Positions 42,164-52,512 of a DNA stretch of 64,000 bases are shown in pieces. This DNA is from Methylomicrobium lacus LW14. Lineage in GTDB: Bacteria; Pseudomonadota; Gammaproteobacteria; Methylococcales; Methylomonadaceae. A program made the position numbers and the translations under genes. Location of the stretch: assembly GCF_000527095.1 (NCBI RefSeq), contig NZ_AZUN01000001.1:934772-998771 (forward strand). Reading direction: 5' to 3'. The stretch's first letter is position 1, and the number at the start of each line of letters is the position of its first letter. Under the pieces are notes generated by a model. The model ran no database searches. It had not been told where the DNA came from and was given only the letters and a program-made list of their open reading frames with translations.

Positions 42164-43400
42164 TGCAACGGGCAAGCCAATTTTTTCTGGCTTAATCGGC
42201 TTGCCTCTTTAGGATGGTTAGATAGGCTTCGTGAGGGTACAAAGCCTATCTTAACGCATTTTCCGAGCATTAAAGACCCTAGGGTTAACCGGCAAAAGAA
42301 GCATCAACTGCAAGATATATTCTTTATCAGCCTCTGCGCAGTGATTTGCGGAGCGGATAACTGGGTTGCGATTGAAGAATTTGGCTTAGCCAAAGAGGAC
42401 TGGTTCACTGAATTGCTGGGATTAGAGCATGGCATCCCTTCGCACGACACCTTCGGTGAAGTGTATGCGGCCATTGATACCGACCAGTTTAGCGACTGCT
42501 TTTCCCGTTGGGTATCTGATTTAGCCCGTCTCACCGACGGGGAAGTCATTGCGATCGACGGCAAGTGCTTAAGGCGGAGCGTGGACAAAGCCTCAAAAAA
42601 AGCCGCGATCTATATGGTCAGCGCATGGGCGCAACAAAATAACCTGGTTTTAGGGCAGGTCAAAGTCGATGACAAATCGAATGAAATTACGGCCATTCCG
42701 AAGTTATTGTCACGGCTGGATATAGCGGGGGCCGTGGTGACTATCGATGCGATGGGGTGCCAAAAGAAGATAGCCGAGCAGATTAAACAGCAAGGTGGTG
42801 ACTATGTGTTGAGCCTGAAAGGCAACCAGGGTACTCTGCATGAGGATGTCCTTACCTTTTTTACCTCGTCGTTATCGCCGGCAGTCGCCTCTGTCAGTTA
42901 TGACGGCGAGCATGGCCGAATCGAAACGCGCTCGCTTCGAGCAACCGCCGACATTGCTTGGCTGCAAGAGCGGCATGGCTGGAAAGGCTTGCAAAGTATT
43001 ATCGCCGTCACGGCCAAAAGAGAAATCGATAACAAAGTAACCGAGGAAACGCGCTATTTTATCAGCAGTCTGGATGCCCATGATCCGAAGCGATTGGAGC
43101 GTGCGGTGCGAGCACACTGGGCGATTGAAAATAATCTTCATTGGGTGCTTGATATCGCCTTTGATGAGGACAGCAATCGAACGCGGAAAGGACATAGTGC
43201 GGCGAACTTGGCGGTGATCCGGCATATTGCCCTGAACCTGACCAAAGCTGAAAAAACGTCTAAGGTGGGAGTGAAAATCAAGCGCTTAAAGGCCGGATGG
43301 GATAACGATTATTTACTCTGTGTCATCGGGATGATTTAAGCGCGATTACCCTGCAGATTATCAGAATTCGCTCAGCGCCTACGCTGCGGCGGGATCGGCG
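42164..43400 (+). mobile_element. ISAs1-family insertion sequence (approximate bounds), transposase ORF 42341..43339
   Basis: The product has H-repeat/ISAs1 hallmarks (ICGADNWVAIEEFG, DGKCLRRS, HWAIENNLHWVLDIAFDEDSNRTRKG). The conserved N-terminal HFPSIKDPR...DIFFISLCAV segment is in frame upstream of the first ATG, with no ATG between 42164 and 42341. Terminal inverted repeats were not confidently identified. Confidence 0.65.
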
Positions 43401-43403
43401 CCT

Positions 43404-45005
43404 CTATTTAAGCCTGAAATTGAAATTGGCCTTGTGCTGCGTGCCGTCGTTGAGTTGCAACAGCAACTCGCGGCAGCTGTTCGCCCAGGCCTTATCGGTT
43501 TTCCACACGTAGGTGTACTGGCCGCTGGTCGCATCGTAAGTCAGGCTGCTGACGCCGACCGCCACGGTAGTCTCGATGCTGTCGACGGCTGCTGCGGCGT
43601 CGCAGGCGATCGGCTGCGATTTCGGAAATCCGGGCGCGAAGATCGCCAGGCCCTGATTGCCGTTCAGGCTGAACTTGACCGGTATCGCCGCCCCGGGCTT
43701 AACCTTGTTGAATACCGGCGGGTTGTCGACCGGCGCGAAGAAGCCTACAAACGGATAGGTCGCGACCTGCACGGCGAACACACCTTCGCTGCCGTCGGCG
43801 AAGTGCGCGGTGAAGGCGAGATGGATGCCGCTGAGGCCGTCGCGCCCGAAACGCAGATCGGTGACGGTCTTGCCCGCGAGCCTGTCGCCGGCCGCGATCA
43901 CCTTGCTCAACGTGCTGGCGAGATAAATGCCTTTCTGGCCGGTGCCCCCCAGCCCCAGGAAGGCGGTGTGCTCGCTGCTGACCGAGACGGCATTGAAGCC
44001 GGTGAAGCTGCCGGTGCCGCCGGGGATCAGGGTGGCCAGGTCGGCGATGCGGACTGGGTCGGATGGAATGGTGCTATTATCATACAGATACACGCCCGCC
44101 TGACCGCTGCCTGCGCCTAAGAAGGCGACGCGGATGGGTTCGTTAGGGATCGCCGCGAGCGCGAGATCGGTGAAGCCGGTGAAGCTGCCGGTGCCGCCGG
44201 GGATCAGGGTGCTCAGGTCGGCGATGCGGATGGGATCACCGGGGATTACGGGCTCACCAGGGATAAAATAAACCCCGAACGATCCGGCGCTGCCCGCTCC
44301 TAAGAAAGCGGCGCCGCCCAAGTCCAGCGCCGGGCTTTGCGGAAAGGCGGTGAACACGCCGCCCGCGCCCGGCACGGCGGCGCCGGTGCTGGAGAGCGTA
44401 GCGGTCGGCAATGGAGGCGAGGCGAATTGCACATTGTCCAGCGTGACCCTATCCACATCCGCCATCGCAATCTCGACCTTCGTGATGTCATTGCCGGACG
44501 AGAGGAAGCCGACGAATTGCCATTCGGTCGGATGCGGATATACCAGTTCAAACGTGCCCAGGACTTGATTCGACGCCCCGTAAACCGTGACGGTGTTGCC
44601 CGCGAACTGGGCGTCGTTGTACCAGAAACCCATGCCCGTTTGCGGGCTGGCGAAGCCGATGCTGACGCCGCCGCCCTCGCCCAGCGCCAGGTTGTCGACG
44701 CTCAGCACGTTAGGCAGGCTAAGGGGGCCTGCCTCGGCTGCCGCCAGAGGCGTGCCGCCATTGAACGGCGAAAAACCGACGCCGGGGTACTGGCTTGTCA
44801 CCGCCGTGCCATCGGCCAGATTGTCGAAGTCAATCAGCGTCGGGTTCGCGACCGAACTCCGCCAAGTAGCTTCGGAGGTGTAAGTCGTGAGCGCCGGCAA
44901 CGTGGCTGCGTACGCGGCAGCCGGGACGCAAACAATGAAAGCCGAAATCACGGAGGCGATCAACGGCCGCAAGAATTGCTTAGGACTTTGTTCGTTGTTC
45001 ATCAT
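43404..45005 (-). CDS. Secreted repeat protein (signal peptide; internal 59-aa repeats; C-terminal beta-rich domain)
   Basis: A 533-aa ORF with an N-terminal signal ending AYAA. A near-identical DNA repeat at 43995-44054 and 44172-44230 encodes PIRIADL(S/A)TLIPGGTGSFTGF. Confidence 0.5.
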   Translation of the reverse strand: MMNNEQSPKQFLRPLIASVISAFIVCVPAAAYAATLPALTTYTSEATWRSSVANPTLIDFDNLADGTAVTSQYPGVGFSPFNGGTPLAAAEAGPLSLPNVLSVDNLALGEGGGVSIGFASPQTGMGFWYNDAQFAGNTVTVYGASNQVLGTFELVYPHPTEWQFVGFLSSGNDITKVEIAMADVDRVTLDNVQFASPPLPTATLSSTGAAVPGAGGVFTAFPQSPALDLGGAAFLGAGSAGSFGVYFIPGEPVIPGDPIRIADLSTLIPGGTGSFTGFTDLALAAIPNEPIRVAFLGAGSGQAGVYLYDNSTIPSDPVRIADLATLIPGGTGSFTGFNAVSVSSEHTAFLGLGGTGQKGIYLASTLSKVIAAGDRLAGKTVTDLRFGRDGLSGIHLAFTAHFADGSEGVFAVQVATYPFVGFFAPVDNPPVFNKVKPGAAIPVKFSLNGNQGLAIFAPGFPKSQPIACDAAAAVDSIETTVAVGVSSLTYDATSGQYTYVWKTDKAWANSCRELLLQLNDGTQHKANFNFRLK

Positions 45006-45438
45006 GGTCGTGCTCCTTGGATTGCCTGTGGCTTAACGCAAGCCCGAGAACCGCACGGGGGCTTGTGGACTGTTCATGGTATTGATAGCGCATGATGTGG
45101 CGCCGGCCGCATCATGGATACTCAAGCATATACATCCTTCTTGACCCGTCGATGCATTTATATGGATGCATCACAGTAGAGGGTAGATGTTTTAAAAGTC
45201 CACCGTGCTAACCGTCCCAACGTTAAGACGGCATCGCAAGATAAATGCAGGCCTTGGGCATCATGCCCAGCCTCTGGTACCAATAAAGCCACGATCCATT
45301 CATCAATACGGTGATCCACGCCAGCAATTTACGTTTGAAGTACCGGGCAGACGCCGTTGTTGGCTCTTGGAAAAAATAAGATGAGCGAAGATTTTTTTCG
45401 CTTATGGCAACCCTTTACCTTATGCCGGCATAAATCCG

Positions 45439-46335
45439 CTATTTTCGGTGCTTCGCCAATAACCTATAGAGATCCAGCAAAGGCAAATAAGGCTCGCTTT
45501 CGATGGTAATATTGCGCTTTGCCAGTCGGCACTCTTTCGCGGCAGGTTCATCCGGCAGCAAGGTTTTTGGCGGCAACGGGCGATCCGGCGTGGTCACATA
45601 AAAAATGGGTGTATGGGCGTAACGTTGAATGCGTTTATCTACGCCATCCTGGTTGATGCATAAGTTGACACGTCGATGAATGCTTTCCGGGAAAACCTGG
45701 ACTAAGCATTCATCGTTAATCGCTTGAAATCGCTCTATTTCGTCATAAATGGCGTCATGTTCAGCCAGCGACCGCTGCAACAGTTTATCTAACCGGGCCT
45801 GAACTTGTTCCCGGTCCAGCTTAGTGGTTTTTCGGTACCGATTCCAAAAAAAACCGGCCGACAGCACGGGGTAGGGGAGTGCGGTAAATTTACGGCATGC
45901 TTGCCGACGATTGAAGCGTGGATAACCCAGTCGGGTCATGGCGCGTTTGGATAACCGATCGCCATCGTCATCATCCTCGCTGTCTGACAACTCAAGCTCA
46001 TTTTCGAGCGAATCCATTTTCATTAGCTGTTTATGCAGCAGATCCCGCTGCTCGTTCACTTTTTCAACCGCCATGTAGGTGGCGATCGAGCAGGGTGCCA
46101 GGCCATTATATTGGATCGTGGATCCAGGTTCCTGGCCATCGTCACTGTAAGACCAGTTCAACACGATGCTTTTCAGCATATTCCGAGTTGCGGCATGATC
46201 CCCCTCTACCTGCTGAATCCAGGCCGGATAAGCCGCATCAGCATTCAGGCAGGCTACCAATTCGTCATGCGCATCTTTAAACGTCGTGAAAACGTTGAGT
46301 AATTCGGCTTTCAATTCGGATTCTTTAGACGACAT
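45439..46335 (-). CDS. Tus-like protein (DNA replication terminus site-binding protein family), tentative
   Basis: The C-terminal half resembles E. coli Tus from memory. [25 protein letters not shown] aligns to [37 protein letters not shown] to [21 protein letters not shown] to RLHLYV. The gene has lower GC and sits beside an AT-rich islet. Confidence 0.4.
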   Translation of the reverse strand: [298 protein letters not shown]

Positions 46336-46795
46336 AGCATTCCTCGGGGTGGAAAAAATAAAGTACAGCCCTATTATACTATCATCTGATAATAGATTCT
46401 ATTTATATGTAATCCCTATCAAAGTAACCTCTTTACCAATTCAAAAAAATCATCCTACACACATAACGCATATAGCCGCATCCTTAACTAATTTAGTAGA
46501 TTTTAAAATGTTAAATAGTGGCATTATTTATTTGAAACTATAAGTTCTATTATCATATAATAGATAAAAATAGAAGAGGCCGCCGTGCATTACCTGTATT
46601 TATCAAAGTTCCAACCTTGCTCGCTCTATCCGGACATTCCCTTCAGATTTGGAGGCATTATGATCACACAAATGAGATCTGATATTTCCGAGGCTTTTTT
46701 AAAGCGAGTAGGGCGTGAATTTTTTTTGATGTTCCGCGATCATCAACGTAGCATATAATGCACGCCCCTAAAATACATATCATCCGGAGCCCTTC

Positions 46796-47008
46796 ATGCC
46801 GCCTTGGCTTATCTTTGTCATTCTGCTGGCTCTGATTGGCATGTCATCCAAAAATAAGGACACTCGGCAAGCAGAGAAAAATGCGACTGAAGGATTCCGG
46901 CACAATGCCAGCGCCGCGCAAAAAGCGCGCAAGGACAGGCTTGATCAATGCGGGGATCGTTGCAAGGACATCAAGAATGATTACACGACACCTATCGCTA
47001 ACGAATGA
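46796..47008 (+). CDS. Small membrane protein (70 aa), hypothetical
   Basis: An N-terminal transmembrane helix. Its stop overlaps the downstream lipoprotein start as ATGA. Confidence 0.3.
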   Translation: MPPWLIFVILLALIGMSSKNKDTRQAEKNATEGFRHNASAAQKARKDRLDQCGDRCKDIKNDYTTPIANE

Positions 47009-47907
47009 ATAAACAACCCCTTCTTTGGATTCTGCTGGTCATGGCCTGCACCTTGACCGGTTGCGCGCTTTACGAACCGCAAGAGGGTCTGGAGGACGGC
47101 TTTGATTATCCTGCGCCCGTTCATTCATCGGTCAATCCGGTAACCAGAGCCCATGTGAGCGCGGAAGACTGGATCGCCTGTAGCGTCCAATCGGCGGGAA
47201 GCCTGATGCGTTCCGCAAAAAAACGAGCATTGACCAGCTTTTGGAAAACCGCCTGTGCGAATGGCGACGACTGCGGCTGTATCGACGGTTTGGCAAGCGG
47301 CAGCGGATTTGCGCGCTGGTGTGATTCTGCGACATTGTGCGCGCCGAATGACCACACGTTTTATGGCGCGGCCACCGGCCTGCTGAATAATGGCCTATTT
47401 TCCGCTTATGAAGGCAAAATCCTGGTCACGCTGAATACGAAACGCGGTCTTTTCGACGGCGCAATCAACAGCGACGGCAGTTACGCCGCCGGCATGTTGA
47501 CGCAATTGACCAGCGGCGAAAAATTTTTGGGTTTGCTGGCCGGGGAAGAAGGCCGCTATCAGAGCGGCGTTTTATACAAGGACGGTAAGGTAATCGTCGC
47601 CGATCGATTCGACGGCGCGAAGCCTCTGGGGCGCGTGCTGACGACCGATGCGGACGGCAACTTTGTCGAGAGCGAGTGCGATGCTAAAGGTTGTCATGTG
47701 ATCAACCGAAGTCAAAACGGCCTGATCGCCGACTTATTCAAACTCATGAGTGAAAACAAGGTGCAAGACCTAGCGACGCGGCGCGTTCTCTCCCTGATAG
47801 GCCGGGAAGCGATCCTGATGCACCCGGCTGTCCGCGCGTTTGAAGCATTGAGCATGGCCTCGGATATCGTCAAGCTCGTGCAGAAGCGGAATCCGCAAGC
47901 CCATTAG
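47005..47907 (+). CDS. Lipoprotein, hypothetical (300 aa)
   Basis: A lipobox LTGCAL. No family recognised. Confidence 0.45.
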   Translation: MNKQPLLWILLVMACTLTGCALYEPQEGLEDGFDYPAPVHSSVNPVTRAHVSAEDWIACSVQSAGSLMRSAKKRALTSFWKTACANGDDCGCIDGLASGSGFARWCDSATLCAPNDHTFYGAATGLLNNGLFSAYEGKILVTLNTKRGLFDGAINSDGSYAAGMLTQLTSGEKFLGLLAGEEGRYQSGVLYKDGKVIVADRFDGAKPLGRVLTTDADGNFVESECDAKGCHVINRSQNGLIADLFKLMSENKVQDLATRRVLSLIGREAILMHPAVRAFEALSMASDIVKLVQKRNPQAH

Positions 47908-47945
47908 GATCCCGGCTTTAGCGTAACGCGGTGAACGATGCAAAT

Positions 47946-50081
47946 TCACTCACGCCCATCCTCTGACGCCCCGGCATGGGCTTGACAATCCGCCAGGGAT
48001 TTAGCCGTGGGCTTGCTGCCTTTGATCACCTGCGTAAACACCTTCTGGCCTGACAAACCGTGCGGGTCGGTCACCTTCAGTGTCACGGTGTAAGTTCCCG
48101 GCGCGCAGTAAGCGTGTTCATGGTTCTTTTCGGCCGAGGTGGAACCATCGCCAAAGTCCCACACATAAGACGGCGCATCGCCATCCACGTCGCCGCTGCC
48201 TTCGCTCGAAAACAGGATGGAGAACTTGGATTTCTTCGCTACTTTGCTGCCTGACGCCCAGGCTACCGGAGCGTCATTTACGCCACGGGTATCCAAACCC
48301 AACCAGTAAGCATCGCCAACCTGATGCGTCTTGCAAGCGGCGGATTTCTTTGTTGTCGGCTTGCCTGCAATCGTATGCGTCAGTATGCTTTGTCCCGTCA
48401 GGCCGGTCGTATTCGTCACGAACAATCTGACCCGGTAAGCGCCTGGAGAGCAATAAACATGCTCATGGGTCTTTTGATTCGAGGAAAAACCATCGCCAAA
48501 ATCCCAAAGGTAGGTTAAGGCTGCGTTAGCGGGATCCACCGTGCCGTCGCTTGAGAAACTTAATGTATATTTCGATTTGCCCTTTTGCTTTGACACGGAA
48601 GCCTTGGCCATCGGCGGCGGCACCGCGACATTGCCGGTAAAGAAATATTGGCCGAGACTGCCGTAATCGGAATAGGCGGTCACAAAATTGCCTACCCCTT
48701 CAACGGCTAACAGATAGTGGCCCGGCTGAAGCGATGTGGTGATCGTGGCATCGGTGTCGGTTTGGGAATCACTTTCGGCTAGTTTATTGCCGTTCCAATC
48801 ATACAAGGCAAGCTTGATATCCAGATTGGTTCCGCGCCGATCCGGCGAATAAAACGCTTCCCATGCGGGCGTTGCGATCAGGTTGATCGAGCCGGCCGCA
48901 TCCAACATGAAGTAATCCACATCGTCGCGGGTTCCGATAATGCCCTTGTTATAAGGTATTGTATTATTCGGGTCGGTTTCCGGGTTGGTGGACTGAATGC
49001 TGCCGTCTAAAGCGATAACCAAAGGCGTAATGCCGTCGTGGTCATCAGGGCGATAGCCGAGTTTTTCGGCGATGATGGCCGTGTCGTCCTGGGTTTGCGT
49101 GGCGCCTGGGTAGTCGCCGTTATTCCATTCGGTGACGCTTTTGTTATAGCCCGATCCCATGATGGGCGCCCAGGAAGACGCTCCCCAGCCACTGCCGGCA
49201 TAATAGTCCAGCTGGGAGCCGCCATTCGAGTAACCGTCATGCGCAAGCCCTAAATTGTGTCCCATTTCATGCGAAGCGATCAGCGCGATATTCGTAGGAT
49301 CCAGACCCGTAGCGTTGTAATACACGAATGCGGGCGAATAATAGCTGGCATAATCGCGATTCCCCCAGACATCAAGACTAGACGCGCCGGAAGCTTGCTG
49401 GTATGCCGGCATAGCGACGCCATTACTATCGACGTCGCTCGTAATCAGAATGGTTCCCGTCGTCGGGCCGAACACAGCCGGCTCTTCGGTGGTCACGTCA
49501 ACAGCGAACGGCGCGAAGTCTTCGGCAACTTGGTGCCAAACTTCGGCGATCTGGAGTAATTCCGCCGTACTAAAATGCGCATTGTCGTTATCGGAAGTGA
49601 ACTCCTTGGCCTTTAACACCGTGTTTTTAGGGTAATCGCTATTCCAGGTCGTGCCGACAATATCGCGCCCGTTGAAATCCAGGTAAATCACGTTCTTTGA
49701 GCCAGGCAAGCTATGCAAAGCAAAGACATCAGGCTCGGTCATGGCGATGTTTGCCGATGATGCAGCGCTCGGCCGAGCAACTGCGGAGGTAGTATCCGGC
49801 GCTTCGAATAGATCAGCGTAAAACACATCCCCCTGATCGTTAACGCGAAGATGCGCTAAATCAATTTCGGTAAAGGAGATGTTGTCAAGGTTTCCCAACA
49901 CCCGGTCTCTAACATGATCAGGAAGTCCCGACAGCCTATCCCGAAACCGCCCTGCGGGAAGATCATGAAGCTGGAAATGCGATCCGCGCTTGAAATGCTT
50001 AATCGGCCAGGATTCAGCGGCCAATGGGGTAACGAGAATGGCACCCAAGATGGCAAATAAGGCTGCTTTTTTGCTGTCCAT
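47946..50081 (-). CDS. Secreted zinc metalloprotease (reprolysin/M12B-like HExxHxxGxxHD) with two C-terminal PKD domains
   Basis: A signal peptide, the zinc site HEMGHNLGLAHDGY, and two PKD repeats (WDFGDGS...HEHAYCAPGTYTVTLKVTD and WDFGDGF...HEHVYCSPGAYRVRLFVTN). Confidence 0.7.
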   Translation of the reverse strand: MDSKKAALFAILGAILVTPLAAESWPIKHFKRGSHFQLHDLPAGRFRDRLSGLPDHVRDRVLGNLDNISFTEIDLAHLRVNDQGDVFYADLFEAPDTTSAVARPSAASSANIAMTEPDVFALHSLPGSKNVIYLDFNGRDIVGTTWNSDYPKNTVLKAKEFTSDNDNAHFSTAELLQIAEVWHQVAEDFAPFAVDVTTEEPAVFGPTTGTILITSDVDSNGVAMPAYQQASGASSLDVWGNRDYASYYSPAFVYYNATGLDPTNIALIASHEMGHNLGLAHDGYSNGGSQLDYYAGSGWGASSWAPIMGSGYNKSVTEWNNGDYPGATQTQDDTAIIAEKLGYRPDDHDGITPLVIALDGSIQSTNPETDPNNTIPYNKGIIGTRDDVDYFMLDAAGSINLIATPAWEAFYSPDRRGTNLDIKLALYDWNGNKLAESDSQTDTDATITTSLQPGHYLLAVEGVGNFVTAYSDYGSLGQYFFTGNVAVPPPMAKASVSKQKGKSKYTLSFSSDGTVDPANAALTYLWDFGDGFSSNQKTHEHVYCSPGAYRVRLFVTNTTGLTGQSILTHTIAGKPTTKKSAACKTHQVGDAYWLGLDTRGVNDAPVAWASGSKVAKKSKFSILFSSEGSGDVDGDAPSYVWDFGDGSTSAEKNHEHAYCAPGTYTVTLKVTDPHGLSGQKVFTQVIKGSKPTAKSLADCQAHAGASEDGRE

Positions 50082-50255
50082 AGTGTTTATTGATTTTGAG
50101 AATAACGAGGACCGATATATCGTTGGCTGAGCGGAGTCGAAGCGATTAACTTAATGACAATGATGCGCAGGGTGGAATGCCCAGCGCATTCCACCGAATG
50201 AATCACCTCTCACTGAAGAAAAAGGAAAGCTGTATTGCAAAAAACTATCTAACTT

Positions 50256-51542
50256 TTAGTCTTCTGTTGAAAGCCCGATCAGCAAGCGGATAAATTGCAT
50301 CACATTTTCATTGAATACATCGTTGTGGCCGTCGATGATCTCCTCATCGACCCGGATATTCAGATAAGGATTTTGTGGGGTGGTTTTGTTCAGATGCGTC
50401 AGCACGGTGGAGCCGTATTGCGTGGAACCGCCCGGCGTTTGCGTGCTCCAGATGTTTTTCATGTTGGCATAGCTCGCGACCCGCATGTTCTTTTCCTTGT
50501 CCAAAGGCTTCAAGGTGTGGCTGATCAACGGCAGATAATGACCTACCGTATTGCGGTCGGCTTCGCCTTCATCCAGTGCGAGCGGATGTTTGCAGTCGTT
50601 GCGTTCGATATCGTGATGGGTTTCGAAAAAAGTCGAGAACACGCGGCCCAACGGAAACAGGGTACCGGTGGCGCTGTCGGCTTCCGAAGTCAAAATCGCC
50701 AAACGCGGCACTTGTTCCGGAAAGTAACTGCAACGCGACTGGGCCAGATCATAAAAGGGCGCATAACGCAGCGCTTCGAACGCCGGGTTCAGCAGAACGA
50801 CCAGATCGCCGAAGCCTTTGGCGGTATCGGTAAAGCCTTTGCCTTCCTGGCTGTCGACGAAGCGGCTGGCCAAAATTTGCGAGGTCGCGCTGTACACGAC
50901 CGCGCCGCCGAAGCTGTGGCCGATCACGACCAGGCGGCTTTTGATCGGAGGAATCATCGAATTGCGCACATTCGCGATTTCCTCCAGCTTGACCAAGAGT
51001 TCGCTGACGCCGAGATAGCCGACATCCTGCGCGGTGCTTTTACGGTCCCAGAAGGTCAGATAATTGAACGGCGGTACGTCGAGCGATTCGCCGCGCCAGC
51101 CCACATAGACGCCGACAATTTTGCGGGCAGGGCGCTTCAGTTGCTTGCTGCGCCGGCTTTCGATCGCGCTGAGTTTGGCGAGATTGTCCTTGAAACTTTC
51201 GATATTCGGATCGCCGGGGCGGGCGTTGTGATGCCAGCCGTGCACGAAGACGTTCAACAAAACGCTTTCTTCGGCGGCTTTTTTGTAGAGGGTATCGAGT
51301 AGGGCCTGCATCTGTTTGCGGTCGCGCATCTGGCCCTGATCGTCGATTTCGACGAAGCCCAGCGTGTATTCATTGTCCTTTCCCGTATTGTAAAGATGCA
51401 GCGAGTTTTGCTCGCACGCATTGCCTGGTGAAACGCTACACGGCTCATAAATGCTCCGGTATATCTCATTCGATGCGCAGCCGGTCAGTAAGGCACTTGC
51501 GCACAGCAAGGCCTGCAACGGCATCATTTTTATCAGACTCAT
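50256..51542 (-). CDS. Lipoprotein alpha/beta hydrolase-like (paralogue-like of 30111..31412)
   Basis: A lipobox LLTGCAS, VFVHGWHHN, and the nucleophile elbow VIGHSFGG. Start chosen at ATG 51542 (GGAG 7 nt upstream); the maximal ORF extends to 51797. Confidence 0.5.
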   Translation of the reverse strand: MSLIKMMPLQALLCASALLTGCASNEIYRSIYEPCSVSPGNACEQNSLHLYNTGKDNEYTLGFVEIDDQGQMRDRKQMQALLDTLYKKAAEESVLLNVFVHGWHHNARPGDPNIESFKDNLAKLSAIESRRSKQLKRPARKIVGVYVGWRGESLDVPPFNYLTFWDRKSTAQDVGYLGVSELLVKLEEIANVRNSMIPPIKSRLVVIGHSFGGAVVYSATSQILASRFVDSQEGKGFTDTAKGFGDLVVLLNPAFEALRYAPFYDLAQSRCSYFPEQVPRLAILTSEADSATGTLFPLGRVFSTFFETHHDIERNDCKHPLALDEGEADRNTVGHYLPLISHTLKPLDKEKNMRVASYANMKNIWSTQTPGGSTQYGSTVLTHLNKTTPQNPYLNIRVDEEIIDGHNDVFNENVMQFIRLLIGLSTED

Positions 51543-51680
51543 GAGCATCTCCGGGGAATTAGAAAAGGACTTTTGCGAAGCAAAGAGTCTAACAGCCGTA
51601 ATTATCTCGGTCAATATGCGTTCAGCATCGTCTTGACCGCATCGGCCAGCAAGCCTAAATGTAGCGGCCCGATAACATAA

Positions 51681-52512
51681 ATCACAGGACCCGATTACAT
51701 CCGTTTTTCGGGACCACTTTAGCTGATAATATCCGTGCGCTCTGGCCCACATTAAATGAGAATGAGCCCTGATTAATTGAGAACAGCCCGATAACATCGG
51801 CCAGGAACCACATTAACCGAGAACGGCTACCGCTTTGCTGCTAATGTGTTATGCCTTACAGTAATACGCCGGCAGCCAGCAATTGATCGTGGAGTTCTTG
51901 GGTTCGTTCAGGCGGTAATTGACCGCTCAGGAACGAGCGGATTTCCTTGGGTTTGGCGGTGAGTATGTCGGTCAACAACCTGACGTTGTAACCGTTACGC
52001 GTCAGACGTGCTTCCAACCCATCCAGGTCAGGCGCCAAAATATCTTGAATGGTATCGGCGTCGACCGGTTTTTGTCCGACTCGGAAGGCCTCCTCAATCA
52101 CAGGACCCGATTACATCCGTTTTTCGGGACCACTTTAGCTGATAATATCCGTGCGCTCTGGCCCACATTAAATGAGAATGAGCCCTGATTAATTGAGAAC
52201 AGCCCGATAACATCGGCCAGGAACCACATTAACCGAGAACGGCTACCGCTTTGCTGCTAATGTGTTATGCCTTACAGTAATACGCCGGCAGCCAGCAATT
52301 GATCGTGGAGTTCTTGGGTTCGTTCAGGCGGTAATTGACCGCTCAGGAACGAGCGGATTTCCTTGGGTTTGGCGGTGAGTATGTCGGTCAACAACCTGAC
52401 GTTGTAACCGTTACGCGTCAGACGTGCTTCCAACCCATCCAGGTCAGGCGCCAAAATATCTTGAATGGTATCGGCGTCGACCGGTTTTTGTCCGACTCGG
52501 AAGGCCTCCTCG
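51681..52512. repeat. Tandem duplication, 2 x 416 bp (transposon left-end repeat + 3' 240 bp of tniB)
   Basis: 51681-52096 is repeated at 52097-52512. This creates a second copy of the terminal repeat (52076-52256) and a tniB 3' fragment (ORF 51856..52101). Confidence 0.85.

Noticed and set aside
42164-42230. Putative rho-independent terminator after hsp20 (aagcca-attttttc-tggctt)
   Set aside because: The stem is only 6 bp with no following T tract, and the region is in frame with the ISAs1 transposase N-terminus, so it is not called.
50295-51302. 335-aa plus-strand ORF
   Set aside because: It is antisense to the alpha/beta hydrolase lipoprotein gene.
51985-52405. ACGTTGTAACCGTTA resembling the GTTGTAAC core of a Tus Ter site
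   Set aside because: It lies inside the tniB coding sequence (and its duplicate) and matches only the 8-bp core, with no flanking consensus. It is likely chance.
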